Assembly (NCBI GenBank): GCA_040218735.1
Contig: JAVJQW010000007.1
Location: forward strand, 128,001-192,000
From: Deltaproteobacteria bacterium
Lineage (GTDB): Bacteria; Myxococcota; Kuafuiibacteriia; Kuafuiibacteriales; Kuafuiibacteriaceae
Direction: 5' to 3'
DNA length: 64,000 bases
Shown: positions 19,237 to 29,467 of the stretch, in pieces
Layout: each line of letters starts with the position of its first letter
How positions within the stretch are numbered: the stretch's first letter is position 1
The notes under the pieces: generated by a model
Database searches by the model: none
What the model was told of the DNA's origin: nothing
Seen by the model: the letters and a program-made list of their open reading frames with translations, nothing else
Position numbers and translations under genes: made by a program

Positions 19237-20244
19237 TCAGGTGCGCTCGGCGGGTGACCCGTGGTCAGCCCACGTTCGCTCGCGGACGATGAAGATCGGG
19301 CGACGCTTCACCTCGGTGAAGATGCGATCCACGTACAGGCCCAGGACGCCGAGCGTGAAGATGATCGCGCCCGTCGAAAAGTTCAGCGACACCATCAGCG
19401 ACGGCCACCCCATCACCGGGCTGCCGTACACCAATGCGCTGAAGAACAGGTACGCGCCCCCGAGCACCGACAGACCCGCGAGCGCGATCCCCAACCCCAC
19501 GCAGAGGCGCAGCGGTTTGTTCGAGTAGGCGAGGATGATCGGGATCGCCATCCGGAACAGCTTGAGGAGTGTGTACGACGACTCACCCGCGTGTCGCGTC
19601 GCGTGTTCGACGTCGATGTACGCCTTCTTGAAGCCCATCCAGTTGAGGAACCCGCCGTAGAAACGCACGGCTTCTTCCATCTGCAGGAGCTGCCGCACGA
19701 CCTGCCGCGACACACACGAGAAGTTCGCGACGCTGCCGTCGTAGTTCAGGTCGGTGAGGTAGTTGAACGTGGCGTAGAACATCACGGAGCTCATCTTCTT
19801 GCTCCACTTGTCCTGACGCTGCGCGCGCCGCGCGAGCACCACGTCGAAGCCCTCCTGCGCCTTCGCGTACAGGCGCGGGATCTCTTCGGGGCGATCCTGG
19901 AGGTCGCAGTCCATCACCACGATCCAGTTCCCGCGCGCCGATGCGAGGCCCGCGGTGATCGCCGGGTGCTGCCCGAAGTTGCGCGACAGCTGCTGCCCGC
20001 GCACGCGCGGATCCTTCGCGGCGATCTCTTGGATGCGCGCCCACGAGTCGTCCGGGCCGCAGTCCTCCGTGAGGATGATCTCGAAGTCCTCGGTGATCGT
20101 CTCGAGGTTTTCGACGAGCCGGCGGTGCAGCTCGTCGAGGCACCCGGCGCCGGCGTAGACCGGCACGACGACGGAGATCTCCAGCCGGTCGTCGGGCTCG
20201 GCCATCGCGATCCAAGTCTTAGCGGAAATGAGCGGAGCGTTCAC
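19237..20244 (-). CDS. Glycosyltransferase family 2 (GtrB/ArnC-like polyprenol-phosphate glycosyltransferase)
   Basis: ISVVVPVY, SRNFGQHPAITAGL, VMDCDLQD, two C-terminal TMs, EVKRRPIFIV. Confidence 0.92.
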   Translation of the reverse strand: MNAPLISAKTWIAMAEPDDRLEISVVVPVYAGAGCLDELHRRLVENLETITEDFEIILTEDCGPDDSWARIQEIAAKDPRVRGQQLSRNFGQHPAITAGLASARGNWIVVMDCDLQDRPEEIPRLYAKAQEGFDVVLARRAQRQDKWSKKMSSVMFYATFNYLTDLNYDGSVANFSCVSRQVVRQLLQMEEAVRFYGGFLNWMGFKKAYIDVEHATRHAGESSYTLLKLFRMAIPIILAYSNKPLRLCVGLGIALAGLSVLGGAYLFFSALVYGSPVMGWPSLMVSLNFSTGAIIFTLGVLGLYVDRIFTEVKRRPIFIVRERTWADHGSPAERT

Positions 20245-20247
20245 GTT

Positions 20248-21555
20248 TTAGCCGTCCTCGCGCCGCCAACGGTCCCAGCCCAGGACGATGACGTACGCCG
20301 CAAACGCGCACAGGAACAGGTAGACCGGCTGGGAGTAGCGCGGCTCCGTGCTGTGCAGCGGAAGGAAGATGAGCGTGTTGTAGACGATGGGGATCGCGAG
20401 CCACGCGAGCCAGGAGCGCCGCCAGACGGAAATGAGCAGCCCCGCCCACCCCAGCAGAACGATCGCGCTGTTGATCGCGAACAGCGCCGCCTTGAAGACC
20501 CACCACGCGGGTGCGCCGTAGGCGAGGAAGCTCGGCCGGAAGCTGAACACGTCGAAGCGCGTGCCGAACCACATCTGCGGGGCGCGGTAGAGCCAGCGCC
20601 CGAGCACCGCGAACGGCTCTTCGCGGTAGCGGTCGAAAGCCAGCTTGCGCATCGCTTTGTCACGCGGCGCGTCCTTCAGCTTCAGCGCGTCCTCGACCTC
20701 CGCCTTCTCGTCCGGGGTGCGGAACGAACCCGCGGGGGGGCCATCATCGAAGCCGCCCTTCACGAGCCAGTCGCCGTTCGTCTCCCACGTCCCGATCCAC
20801 AGCCCCTGTCCGAGGATGCCCTTGCTCACCGGGATGATCTGTCCGGAGACGTGGTGGTTGCGCGCCGTCCACGGGGCGATCGCGAGGATCGCGCCGCACA
20901 CGAGCAGCGCCGCAGAGCCCAGCCTTCTCTTGAGTGGAATCTCCTCGACCCACCCGTGCACGAAGTCGAACGGGAGCAGCACCGCCGTGAACGGGATCAG
21001 CGCGAGGTACACGTCTCGCGTGAGCGCGGCGAGGCCGAGCAGCGCACCCATCCCGAGCCACGCCGCGCGGTGTTTCCACAGCACGGGGAGGGCGACCGCG
21101 GCGACGAGGAAGAACGTCGTCAGCGTCTCGGAGAGCATCGCGCCCGCGTAGACCGCGTTGGCGGGGACGAGCGCGCCGAGCCACAGCGTCCACCGCGCGA
21201 TGCGCGTGACGAGGAGCTCCACCGTCTTCGCGCAGAGGACGACCGTCGCGGTGCTGATCACGACCTGCGCGAGCTGCACCGCGAGCGGCGCGCGCCACAC
21301 GCGGTAGAGGAGCGCGACGAAGCCGGGGAACAGCGGCGGCCGGTAGTACGTCGGCGCGATCGGCGGCTCGAGCGACAGCGAGAACGTCCCGTGGTCGACG
21401 AGGTTCTTCGCGAGGTGGTCGTACCAGAAGCTGTCGCCGGTATCGAAGCGGTAGGCGACCAGCACCAACATCACCAGACGCACCGCGAGCGCGACGACGA
21501 CCGCGAGCCAGACCTCGTTCCGATCGAGCCGGTACTGGGGGCCGTACGCACGCAC
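20248..21555 (-). CDS. ArnT/PMT-like (GT-C) integral membrane glycosyltransferase
   Basis: Multiple TMs, DSFWYDHLAKNL, YRPPLFP, LSETL, LAALTR, PWTARN, PRYSQP. Confidence 0.8.
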   Translation of the reverse strand: MRAYGPQYRLDRNEVWLAVVVALAVRLVMLVLVAYRFDTGDSFWYDHLAKNLVDHGTFSLSLEPPIAPTYYRPPLFPGFVALLYRVWRAPLAVQLAQVVISTATVVLCAKTVELLVTRIARWTLWLGALVPANAVYAGAMLSETLTTFFLVAAVALPVLWKHRAAWLGMGALLGLAALTRDVYLALIPFTAVLLPFDFVHGWVEEIPLKRRLGSAALLVCGAILAIAPWTARNHHVSGQIIPVSKGILGQGLWIGTWETNGDWLVKGGFDDGPPAGSFRTPDEKAEVEDALKLKDAPRDKAMRKLAFDRYREEPFAVLGRWLYRAPQMWFGTRFDVFSFRPSFLAYGAPAWWVFKAALFAINSAIVLLGWAGLLISVWRRSWLAWLAIPIVYNTLIFLPLHSTEPRYSQPVYLFLCAFAAYVIVLGWDRWRREDG

Positions 21556-21561
21556 CGGTCG

Positions 21562-22548
21562 TTACCGGGCCCGGGCGACGATCAGGCGCGACGACCCCAT
21601 GGGGAGCGTGACGCTCGGGACACCGAGGAGCAGGCGCTCGGCCTGCATCACGCGGGACAGGACCGCGTTCGTGAGGCGACCGATCTCGAACTGCTTCATC
21701 ACGTCGTCGGAGGTCTTGGTCGTGGCGTCGTTCTTCTTGCGCGAGAGGAAGAGCGCGGGGAGCAGCAGGCTCATGAACGACGTGGTGTAGAGGATCTCGA
21801 AGCCGGCGCTCTCGACCTTCGCCTCGAGCGCACCCGGTTCGTAGCGGCGCTTGTGGCCGGAGAGCGCGTCGACCTCGCTCCACAGGAACTGGTGCTGCGG
21901 GACCGTGAGCATCAGGCCGCCCTTGGGCTTCACGGCGCGGCGGATCTCGGCGAGGACGGTGTCGTCCTCGTCGATGTGCTCGATGACGTCGAACGCGCCG
22001 ATGACGTCGAAGGCCTCCGCGAACGGGAGGCGGCGCGCGTCGACCTGGAAGAACCGCGCGTCGGGCAGGCGGGACTTCGCGAACGCGAGCCCCTCCAGGT
22101 GGATCTCACTTCCGTGCAGTCGGTAGCCGAGGTTCGTATCCGCGACGCCCGTCAGGACGAAGCCCGTGCCGCAGCCGATCTCCAGGAACGCGCCGCCCCC
22201 GGGGAAGTGCTCGGCGAGGCTCCGCTGGATCAGCTTGTTGCGGTTCACGAACCAGAAGTTCTCCGCCTCGACGCGCGCCAGCTCGGGGAAGAACGCGGTG
22301 TCGTAGCCGTCGTAGGTCGCGGCGACCTCCTCCGAGAACACGCCGATGCCGTCGGCGATTCGGTAGGTCGCATCGCAGGACGTGCAGCGGTAGCCACCGT
22401 CGGGTGCGCCGAGCGCGGCGCGACAGGCGGGGCAGACGAGGCCGGGCAGATCGGCGTTCACGACGCTCGATGGTGCCGGCGGGGCGGACTCGAATTCATG
22501 GCTGGGTGACGTCACGGCCTCGGCCCGTTCATCGGCCGAATGTTCCAA
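21562..22548 (-). CDS. Class I SAM-dependent methyltransferase with Trm112-like Zn ribbon
   Basis: CPAC...CTSC, NFWFVNRN, LEIGCGTG, FDVIEHI, LWSEVD..SGHKRRY. Start uncertain. Confidence 0.88.
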   Translation of the reverse strand: MEHSADERAEAVTSPSHEFESAPPAPSSVVNADLPGLVCPACRAALGAPDGGYRCTSCDATYRIADGIGVFSEEVAATYDGYDTAFFPELARVEAENFWFVNRNKLIQRSLAEHFPGGGAFLEIGCGTGFVLTGVADTNLGYRLHGSEIHLEGLAFAKSRLPDARFFQVDARRLPFAEAFDVIGAFDVIEHIDEDDTVLAEIRRAVKPKGGLMLTVPQHQFLWSEVDALSGHKRRYEPGALEAKVESAGFEILYTTSFMSLLLPALFLSRKKNDATTKTSDDVMKQFEIGRLTNAVLSRVMQAERLLLGVPSVTLPMGSSRLIVARAR

Positions 22549-22668
22549 ATCAGTACAGCGCGTTTTCGCGCGTTGTACAGCCGTTCAGTCGCATTTCGAC
22601 ACACCTCCGCAGTGCGGGCCTTCCTCGGTTGAGCCCGATGCCCATTCGAGCTAAGGCCCTCGTGCCCT

Positions 22669-23757
22669 ATGAAACTCATACTCGAAGACGGAACCGAGCT
22701 CTCCGGGGACAGCTTCGGTGCGCACCGATCCGTGGCCGGCGAAGTGGTCTTCAACACCAGCATGACCGGCTACATCGAGACGCTGACCGACCCCTCGTAC
22801 CGCGGCCAGATCCTCGTGCTGACGTACCCGCTGATCGGCAACTACGGCGTCCCACCCGATCGTGAGGCCGGGGCGATGAACCGGCCGTTCGAGTCGAACG
22901 AGATCCAGGTCATGGGGCTGGTCGTCCAGAACTACGTCGACCACCACAGCCATCACGCATCGCGTCGTTCGCTGGCGGAGTGGCTCAAGAGCCAGAACAT
23001 CCCGCTCCTGTCGGGCATCGACACCCGCCGCCTCACGCAGAAGCTCCGCGAGAAGGGGACGATGCGCGGCTGGGTCGTCGCCGGCGGCAACGTCGACTGG
23101 GAGAAGAAGAACGCCGACCGCGTCGACATGCGCAAGGAGGTCTTCGAGCTCGTCGCGCCGAAGGAGACCGTCACGCACGACGGCAAGGGTGCGCACATCC
23201 TCCTCGTCGACGCCGGCTGCAAGGACAACATCTGCCGCTCGCTCCTCGAGCGCGGCGCGAAGGTGACCCGCGCGCCCTACCACGCGGACATCGTCGCGCT
23301 GGCGCAGGAGGCCGACGGGGTGCTGCTCGGCAACGGCCCGGGCGACCCGAAGGACCTCAGCGAGCTGATCGCCAAGGTCCGCGAGCTGCTCGGCACCTAC
23401 TCGAAGCCGATGATGGGGGTCTGCCTCGGCAACCAGATCCTCGCCCTCGCGGCGGGCGGCGACACCGGGCCGCTCAAGTATGGGCACCGCAGCGTGAACC
23501 AGCCCGTGCAAGATCTGTTGACGCGGCGCTGCTACATCACGAGCCAGAACCACGGCTACCACGTGCTCGACGAGTCCCTCCCCGACGACTGGGAGCCCTG
23601 GTTCGTGAACCTGAACGACGGCACCAACGAAGGTGTTCGCCACCGGAGCAAGCCGTTCTTCTCGGTGCAGTTCCACCCCGAGGCCTCCCCGGGCCCGCAG
23701 GACACCGCTTATCTGTTCGACGACTATCTCCGCCTCGTGGCGGCGGTGAGGAGCTGA
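22669..23757 (+). CDS. carA: Carbamoyl-phosphate synthase small subunit
   Basis: GEVVFNTSMTGY.E.LTDPSY, NGPGDP, GVCLGNQ (catalytic Cys), SQNHGY, VQFHPE. Confidence 0.97.
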   Translation: MKLILEDGTELSGDSFGAHRSVAGEVVFNTSMTGYIETLTDPSYRGQILVLTYPLIGNYGVPPDREAGAMNRPFESNEIQVMGLVVQNYVDHHSHHASRRSLAEWLKSQNIPLLSGIDTRRLTQKLREKGTMRGWVVAGGNVDWEKKNADRVDMRKEVFELVAPKETVTHDGKGAHILLVDAGCKDNICRSLLERGAKVTRAPYHADIVALAQEADGVLLGNGPGDPKDLSELIAKVRELLGTYSKPMMGVCLGNQILALAAGGDTGPLKYGHRSVNQPVQDLLTRRCYITSQNHGYHVLDESLPDDWEPWFVNLNDGTNEGVRHRSKPFFSVQFHPEASPGPQDTAYLFDDYLRLVAAVRS

Positions 23758-23761
23758 AACC

Positions 23762-26700
23762 GTGTACGGCGCCTACATCCCCAAGAAGCCCAAGCGTGTC
23801 CTGATCCTCGGGTCCGGAGCGCTCCAGATCGGCCAGGCCGGTGAGTTCGACTACTCGGGATCGCAGTGCATCAAGGCGATGCGCGAGGAGCACGTCTACA
23901 CGGTGCTCATCAACCCGAACATCGCGACGATCCAGACGAGCGAAGGCTTCGCCGACAAGATCTACCTCGCGGCGGTGACGCCGGAGTTCGTGGAGCGGGT
24001 CATCGCGAAGGAGGAGATCGACGCGATCCTGTTGTCCTTCGGCGGGCAGACCGCGCTCAACTGCGGCGTCGAGCTCGACAAGCTGGGCGTCTACGACAAG
24101 TACAACGTGCGCGTCCTCGGCACGCCGCTCACTGCGATCCGCGACACCGAGGATCGGCAGCTCTTCAAGGACCGCCTCGCGGAGATCGACGTGAAGACCG
24201 CGCGGTCGTTCGCGGCGAACAACATCGAAGAGGGGCGCGAGGCCGTGAAGAAGATCGGCCTGCCGGTCATGCTCCGCGGCGCGTTCTCGCTGGGCGGCAA
24301 GGGCTCGGCGGTCGTGCGGACCGAAGAAGAGGTCGAGACCGCGCTCAAGCGCGCCTTCGCCGCCGTGCCTCAGGTGCTCGTCGAGGAGTACCTCGCGGGC
24401 TGGAAGGAGGTCGAGTACGAGGTCGTGCGCGACTTCCGCGACTCCTGCATCACGGTCTGCAACATGGAGAACTTCGACCCGATGGGCATCCACACGGGTG
24501 AGTCCATCGTCGTCGCGCCTTCGCAGACCCTGAACGACGAGGAGTACCACGTGCTCCGCACCATCGCGATCAAGGTGGTGCGTCACCTCGGGATCGTCGG
24601 TGAGTGCAACATCCAGTATGCGCTGGATCCGTTCTCCACCGACTACCGCGTAATCGAAGTGAACGCGCGTCTGTCGCGTTCGTCGGCGCTCGCGTCGAAG
24701 GCGACCGGTTACCCGCTTGCGTACGTCGCGGCGAAGCTCGCGCTCGGTTACACGCTGCCCGAGATCCCGAACGGCATTACGCGGCGCACGACGGCGTTCT
24801 TCGAGCCGGCGCTCGACTACCTCGTGTGTAAGTTCCCGCGCTGGGACCTCACGAAGTTCAAGGGCGCCTCGATGAAGATCGGCTCCGAGATGAAGTCGGT
24901 CGGCGAGGTGATGGCGATCGGCCGCACCTTCCCCGAGGTCATCCAGAAGGCGACGCGCATGCTCGACATCGGCGTGCACGGCGTGGACCCCGAGAAGTTC
25001 GTGCGCGAGGACCTCGACACGGCGCTCTCCGAGCCGACACCGCTGCGTGTCTTCCACATCGCGAAGGCGTTGAAGGAGGGTTACACGGTCGAGCGCATCC
25101 ACGAGCTGACGCGTATCGATCGGTGGTTCCTGCACGCGCTGTCGAACATCGTCGACATGTACAAGCGCCTCGACGGTTGCAAGGCCGAGGGCCGCATCGA
25201 CGCCGACACCATGCGGCGCGCCAAGGAGCTCGGCTTCTCGGACGCCGGGATGTCGATCGCGACGGGGATCAACCACAAGAAGATCCGCCGCGACCGCATC
25301 GAGCTCGGCATCACGCCGCACATCGCGAAGATCGACACCCTCGCGGCGGAGTTCCCGGCCGAGACGAACTACCTGTACTCGACGTACCACGCGACGGCGC
25401 ACGAATCGCCGACCACCCGGAAGAAGAAGATCCTCGTGCTCGGGTCGGGCTGCTACCGCATCGGGTCGTCGGTCGAGTTCGACTGGTGCTGCGTCAACGC
25501 GGCGAAGGCGGCGGAGGAGCTCGGCTACGAGACCATCATGCTCAACTACAACCCGGAGACGGTGAGCACGGACTACGACGTCTGCGACAAGCTCATCTTC
25601 GACGAGGTGAGCTACGAGTCGGTGCTCGACGTCTGGGACAAGGAGCAGCCGGACGGCGTCATCGTCTCGATGGGCGGGCAGGTTCCGAACAACCTCGCGC
25701 TGCGGCTCGCGAAGGACGGCGTGAAGATCCTCGGCACCTCCGCGGAGGACATCGACCGCGCGGAGGACCGTTCGAAGTTCTCGGCGCTGCTCGACGAGCT
25801 CGGCGTGGACCAGCCGAGGTGGACGCACCTCACGGACATCTCCAAGGTGGACGAGATGGTCGCCGAGCTCGGCGGCTTCCCGATCCTCGTTCGGCCCTCG
25901 TACGTGCTGTCGGGCGCGGCGATGAGCGTCGCGCACGAAAAACACGAGCTGGTGCGGATCCTCGAGCGCGCGAAGGCGGTCTCGAGCGACCACCCGGTGG
26001 TGCTCACGGCGTTCGAGACAAACGCGCGTGAGGTGGAGATCGACGCGGTCGCGGACAACGGCGAGATCGTGCTGTGGGCGATCAGCGAGCATATCGAGGA
26101 CGCCGGCGTGCACTCGGGTGACGCGACGCTGATGTTGCCGCCGCAGTCCATCTCGATCCCGACGATCCACAAGGCGCGCGGCATCGCGGCGGAGCTCGCG
26201 AAGGCGCTGAAGATCACGGGGCCGTTCAACGTGCAGATGCTCGCGAAGAAGGGCGCGGTGCGGGTCATCGAGTGCAACCTCCGCGCGTCGCGCTCGCTGC
26301 CGTTCGTCTCCAAGGTCACGGGCAACAACTTCGTGTCGGAGGCGACGCGCCGGATGCTCGGCGTGAGGAAGCCGGTCACGAACCACGCGCTGGATTTGGC
26401 GTACGTCGGCGCGAAGGTGCCGATGTTCTCGTTCCCGCGCCTGGTCGGAGCGGACCCGCTGCTCGGCGTCGAGATGGCGTCGACCGGCGAGGTCGGTTGT
26501 TTCGGCGACGACGCCAACGAAGCGCTGATGCACAGCCTCCTCGCGACGGGCTTCCGCTACCCGAAGAAGGGTGTGCTGCTCTCGCTCGGCCCGGTGTCCG
26601 ACAAGTACTCGTTCACCGAGGAGGCGAAGGTCCTCGCGGAGATCGGGCTGCCGATCTACGCGACGCCCGGCACCGCGGAGATGCTCGCGTCGGTGAACGT

Positions 26701-26992
26701 GAAGTGCATCGAGCTGTCGAAGCAGGAGGGGGCCGAGGGCTCGGCGATGGACATCATCGACCAGGGCAAGGTCGACCTCGTCATCAACGTTCCGCGCTCC
26801 TACGACGACCAGGGCCGCCCGGACGGCTACTTGATTCGACGCCGCGCGGTCGACGCGGAGCTCCCGCTCATCACGGACCTGATGCTGGCGCGCGCGCTGG
26901 TCGAGGCGATTCGTGCGCGGCGCGACTCGACGTCGCTCAGGATCTTGTCGTGGGATGAGTACCTGGATCGTAAGCCGATGGCGCTGCGCTAG
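23762..26992 (+). CDS. carB: Carbamoyl-phosphate synthase large subunit
   Basis: IGQAGEFDYSG, CNMENFDPMGIHTGESIVVAP, two ATP-grasp halves, C-terminal MGS domain (YATPGTA). Confidence 0.97.
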   Translation: MYGAYIPKKPKRVLILGSGALQIGQAGEFDYSGSQCIKAMREEHVYTVLINPNIATIQTSEGFADKIYLAAVTPEFVERVIAKEEIDAILLSFGGQTALNCGVELDKLGVYDKYNVRVLGTPLTAIRDTEDRQLFKDRLAEIDVKTARSFAANNIEEGREAVKKIGLPVMLRGAFSLGGKGSAVVRTEEEVETALKRAFAAVPQVLVEEYLAGWKEVEYEVVRDFRDSCITVCNMENFDPMGIHTGESIVVAPSQTLNDEEYHVLRTIAIKVVRHLGIVGECNIQYALDPFSTDYRVIEVNARLSRSSALASKATGYPLAYVAAKLALGYTLPEIPNGITRRTTAFFEPALDYLVCKFPRWDLTKFKGASMKIGSEMKSVGEVMAIGRTFPEVIQKATRMLDIGVHGVDPEKFVREDLDTALSEPTPLRVFHIAKALKEGYTVERIHELTRIDRWFLHALSNIVDMYKRLDGCKAEGRIDADTMRRAKELGFSDAGMSIATGINHKKIRRDRIELGITPHIAKIDTLAAEFPAETNYLYSTYHATAHESPTTRKKKILVLGSGCYRIGSSVEFDWCCVNAAKAAEELGYETIMLNYNPETVSTDYDVCDKLIFDEVSYESVLDVWDKEQPDGVIVSMGGQVPNNLALRLAKDGVKILGTSAEDIDRAEDRSKFSALLDELGVDQPRWTHLTDISKVDEMVAELGGFPILVRPSYVLSGAAMSVAHEKHELVRILERAKAVSSDHPVVLTAFETNAREVEIDAVADNGEIVLWAISEHIEDAGVHSGDATLMLPPQSISIPTIHKARGIAAELAKALKITGPFNVQMLAKKGAVRVIECNLRASRSLPFVSKVTGNNFVSEATRRMLGVRKPVTNHALDLAYVGAKVPMFSFPRLVGADPLLGVEMASTGEVGCFGDDANEALMHSLLATGFRYPKKGVLLSLGPVSDKYSFTEEAKVLAEIGLPIYATPGTAEMLASVNVKCIELSKQEGAEGSAMDIIDQGKVDLVINVPRSYDDQGRPDGYLIRRRAVDAELPLITDLMLARALVEAIRARRDSTSLRILSWDEYLDRKPMALR

Positions 26993-27189
26993 CCGGCTGA
27001 CGAAGTCAGCCCTGCCCCAGCCCGAGCCCCAGCCCTCTCAGGAACGAGGGCAAGGCCCCCACCGATCACCGACCGCCGCTCCGTCATCACGGCATCGAAA
27101 CGAGTGCTTCGTCCCACTCTCCTCGACAGCCCCTAGGATCGGCCGCCGATAGCCCAGGCCGTGCAGACCTGCCTACAACAGACCTCGCG

Positions 27190-28320
27190 ATGATGCTTCG
27201 GGCCTCCTCGGTGCTCCTGTCCCTCCTCCTATGCGCGTGCGCGCAGGAGATCGTCGTGTCGAACGACGGCGGGACGAGTGACCGCGACGCAGGCGAGGGC
27301 GCGCGCGACGGCGGCCACGCCGACGCCGGTACGATCGACGGCGGCGCCCGTGACGGTGGCACCCGCGACGGCGGCGGCGCGCCCCGCGACGGCGGAAGCG
27401 TGCGCGACGCCGGGACGCCGACCGGGCCCCTGACCTGGGGCCAGGCGATCCTCCCCACCAACTCGCGCGGCGTGAATGTGATCTGGGGCCGCTCGGCGGC
27501 CGAGGTCTACGCGGGCGCGGGCCTCTACCTGCTCCGCTTCACCCCCGACGACGGCTGGACCCGCGTTTGGAACAGCCCGTCCAACTTCGACATCGTCGGC
27601 ATCGGCGGGACGACGTCGCGTCTGTTCGTCGCCGACCGCGGCGGGCTGCACGTCTTCGACGGTGACCCGGAGACGACGACGCCCGACTACTATTCCTTCC
27701 CACAGACGCAGCAGGTCGAGGCGTTGCTCGTCCGCAACGCCAACGAAGCGTACCTCACGATCACGCAGTTCAACGGGCGCGCGCTCCTGCGATTCGACGG
27801 CACCGAGCTCCGTCCGCTGTTCCAGCCGAACGACGTCTCGACGCTGACCTCCCTCGACGAGGTCGACGGCACGATCTACATGGGTGCGAACGGGCACCTG
27901 TACCGCGTCGCGACCGGCGTCGTGAGCGAAGAGACGGTCGCTTGGCCAGCGCACTGGCAGGAGATCGACCAGCTGATGTTCGAGTTCCACGGTGTCGCGA
28001 AGATTGGCGCGCGCGTGTTCGCGGTGGGCGACGACGACATGATCTTCGAGCGTGGCCAGGACGACACCTGGCGCCTCGTGCGTGGCAACGGTGCGCCGTC
28101 GATGGCGCTCGAGGACGTCGCGAGCTTCGGCAACTACGGCGTCGCGGTCGGCCAGCCGGGCCCCGACAACCGCCCCTTCCGAGTGTTCGACGGCACCGGC
28201 TGGACGAACCAAGCGGGCCCCGACGCCGTGCTCTACACGGTGTGGGCCGCCGGCCCGAACACCTGGTTCGCGGGCGGCTACGTGAGCATCGACGGCATCA
28301 TCCTGCACGGCACGCGCTGA
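27190..28320 (+). CDS. Lipoprotein with RDGG linker repeats and a beta-propeller-like domain
   Basis: Lipobox LCAC, DGG repeats, IWG...VYA / VFAVGD / VWAAG blade-like motifs. Confidence 0.75.
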   Translation: MMLRASSVLLSLLLCACAQEIVVSNDGGTSDRDAGEGARDGGHADAGTIDGGARDGGTRDGGGAPRDGGSVRDAGTPTGPLTWGQAILPTNSRGVNVIWGRSAAEVYAGAGLYLLRFTPDDGWTRVWNSPSNFDIVGIGGTTSRLFVADRGGLHVFDGDPETTTPDYYSFPQTQQVEALLVRNANEAYLTITQFNGRALLRFDGTELRPLFQPNDVSTLTSLDEVDGTIYMGANGHLYRVATGVVSEETVAWPAHWQEIDQLMFEFHGVAKIGARVFAVGDDDMIFERGQDDTWRLVRGNGAPSMALEDVASFGNYGVAVGQPGPDNRPFRVFDGTGWTNQAGPDAVLYTVWAAGPNTWFAGGYVSIDGIILHGTR

Positions 28321-28457
28321 CCTCCGCGAATTTCATTCGTGCACGGTCGAACGCGTTCGAGGCTCGACGCGAGGCCTTCGACGAAGCGGTCGGATCCGGA
28401 ACGAAATTCGAGCCATAGATCGGCAACGATCGGTTCGTGCGTCGCGATGATCGATCC

Positions 28458-28784
28458 GTGAGCACGCGGCACGATGCACGTTACGACCCGACCGACGACC
28501 TCCTCGAGCGCCAGTGGGAGCGGCTATGGAGACAGATCCGACCGCTGCTGCTGCGGCTCCACGTCCTGTACGCGCGCGCCGAGCTACGTGGCGCGAGCCC
28601 CGTCGACGCCACGGAGATCGAGCACCTCGAACGACGTGTCGCCTCGCTCCGCCGGCGCACGCTGCGCTACCGCGAGGTGCTCCGCGACGAGGCCAACGCG
28701 CGGGTCCTCGGCCCCGTCCCGCAGGACCCGATCGACACCGTGGGTCCCGATGGAACCCCTGTGATCGAAGCGCCCCGATCGTGA
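28458..28784 (+). CDS. Small hypothetical helical protein
   Basis: Amphipathic helical ORF (LLERQWERLWRQIRPLLLRL...IEHLERRVASL). GTG start at 28458 assumed. Confidence 0.45.
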   Translation: MSTRHDARYDPTDDLLERQWERLWRQIRPLLLRLHVLYARAELRGASPVDATEIEHLERRVASLRRRTLRYREVLRDEANARVLGPVPQDPIDTVGPDGTPVIEAPRS

Positions 28785-28951
28785 CATCGGTGGGCCGTTT
28801 CACGAGGCCCGGTGGAGGCAGGCGACACGCGGGTACACCGGGGCTCGGATTCGCGCGATCCGTTTGGATTCGGGCACCTTTCGCGGATGTGCGATGCGTT
28901 GACTTGGGTGCTGATGTCCACTAACCAGAGGGTCCTTCGAGGGACGGACAT

Positions 28952-29431
28952 TTGGCCGACAGCGCGCAATTTCACGAGAACATCAGCCACGCGGACGACG
29001 AGGAGATCGGGTCCGATCGCTCGTTCGGCATCACGTTCACGGTCGTCTTCGGACTGATCGCGACGTACTTCTACTTCAAGGGCGGCCCTTCGTGGATGCC
29101 GGCCTCCGTCCAAGGCGCCTCCTGGTACGCGAAAGCATGGATGGGGCTCGCCGGTGTGTCCGGGCTCTTCCTCCTGATCGCGTTGGCAGTCCCGAACATC
29201 CTCCACCCGTTCAACGTGGTGTGGATGAAGTTCGCGATGGTGCTGAACAAGATCGTCAGCCCCATCGTGATGGGGTTGCTCTTCTTCCTCACGGTGACGC
29301 CGATGGCGCTGGTGGTCCGCGCGATGGGGAAGGATCTCCTCCGACTCAAGCTCGACAAGGACGCCAAGTCCTATTGGATCGAGCGCACCCCGCCCGGCCC
29401 TCCGCCGGACACCATGAAGAACCAGTTCTAA
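28952..29431 (+). CDS. SxtJ-family membrane protein
   Basis: SDRSFGITF...PNILHPFNVVWMKFAMVLNKIVSPIVMGLLFF...GKDLLRL...SYWIER...MKNQF, typical of the SxtJ family. Confidence 0.88.
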   Translation: MADSAQFHENISHADDEEIGSDRSFGITFTVVFGLIATYFYFKGGPSWMPASVQGASWYAKAWMGLAGVSGLFLLIALAVPNILHPFNVVWMKFAMVLNKIVSPIVMGLLFFLTVTPMALVVRAMGKDLLRLKLDKDAKSYWIERTPPGPPPDTMKNQF

Positions 29432-29467
29432 GGGCAGCTGGGAAAGAACGAAAAAGGACTCGAGACC

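Noticed and set aside
19261-26533. Long ORFs 19261-22509 (+) and 23537-26533 (-)
   Set aside because: Antisense to clearly recognisable GT/methyltransferase and carB genes.
27265-27420. RDGG/DAG short repeats
   Set aside because: Common low-complexity linker after myxobacterial lipoboxes, not a separate element.
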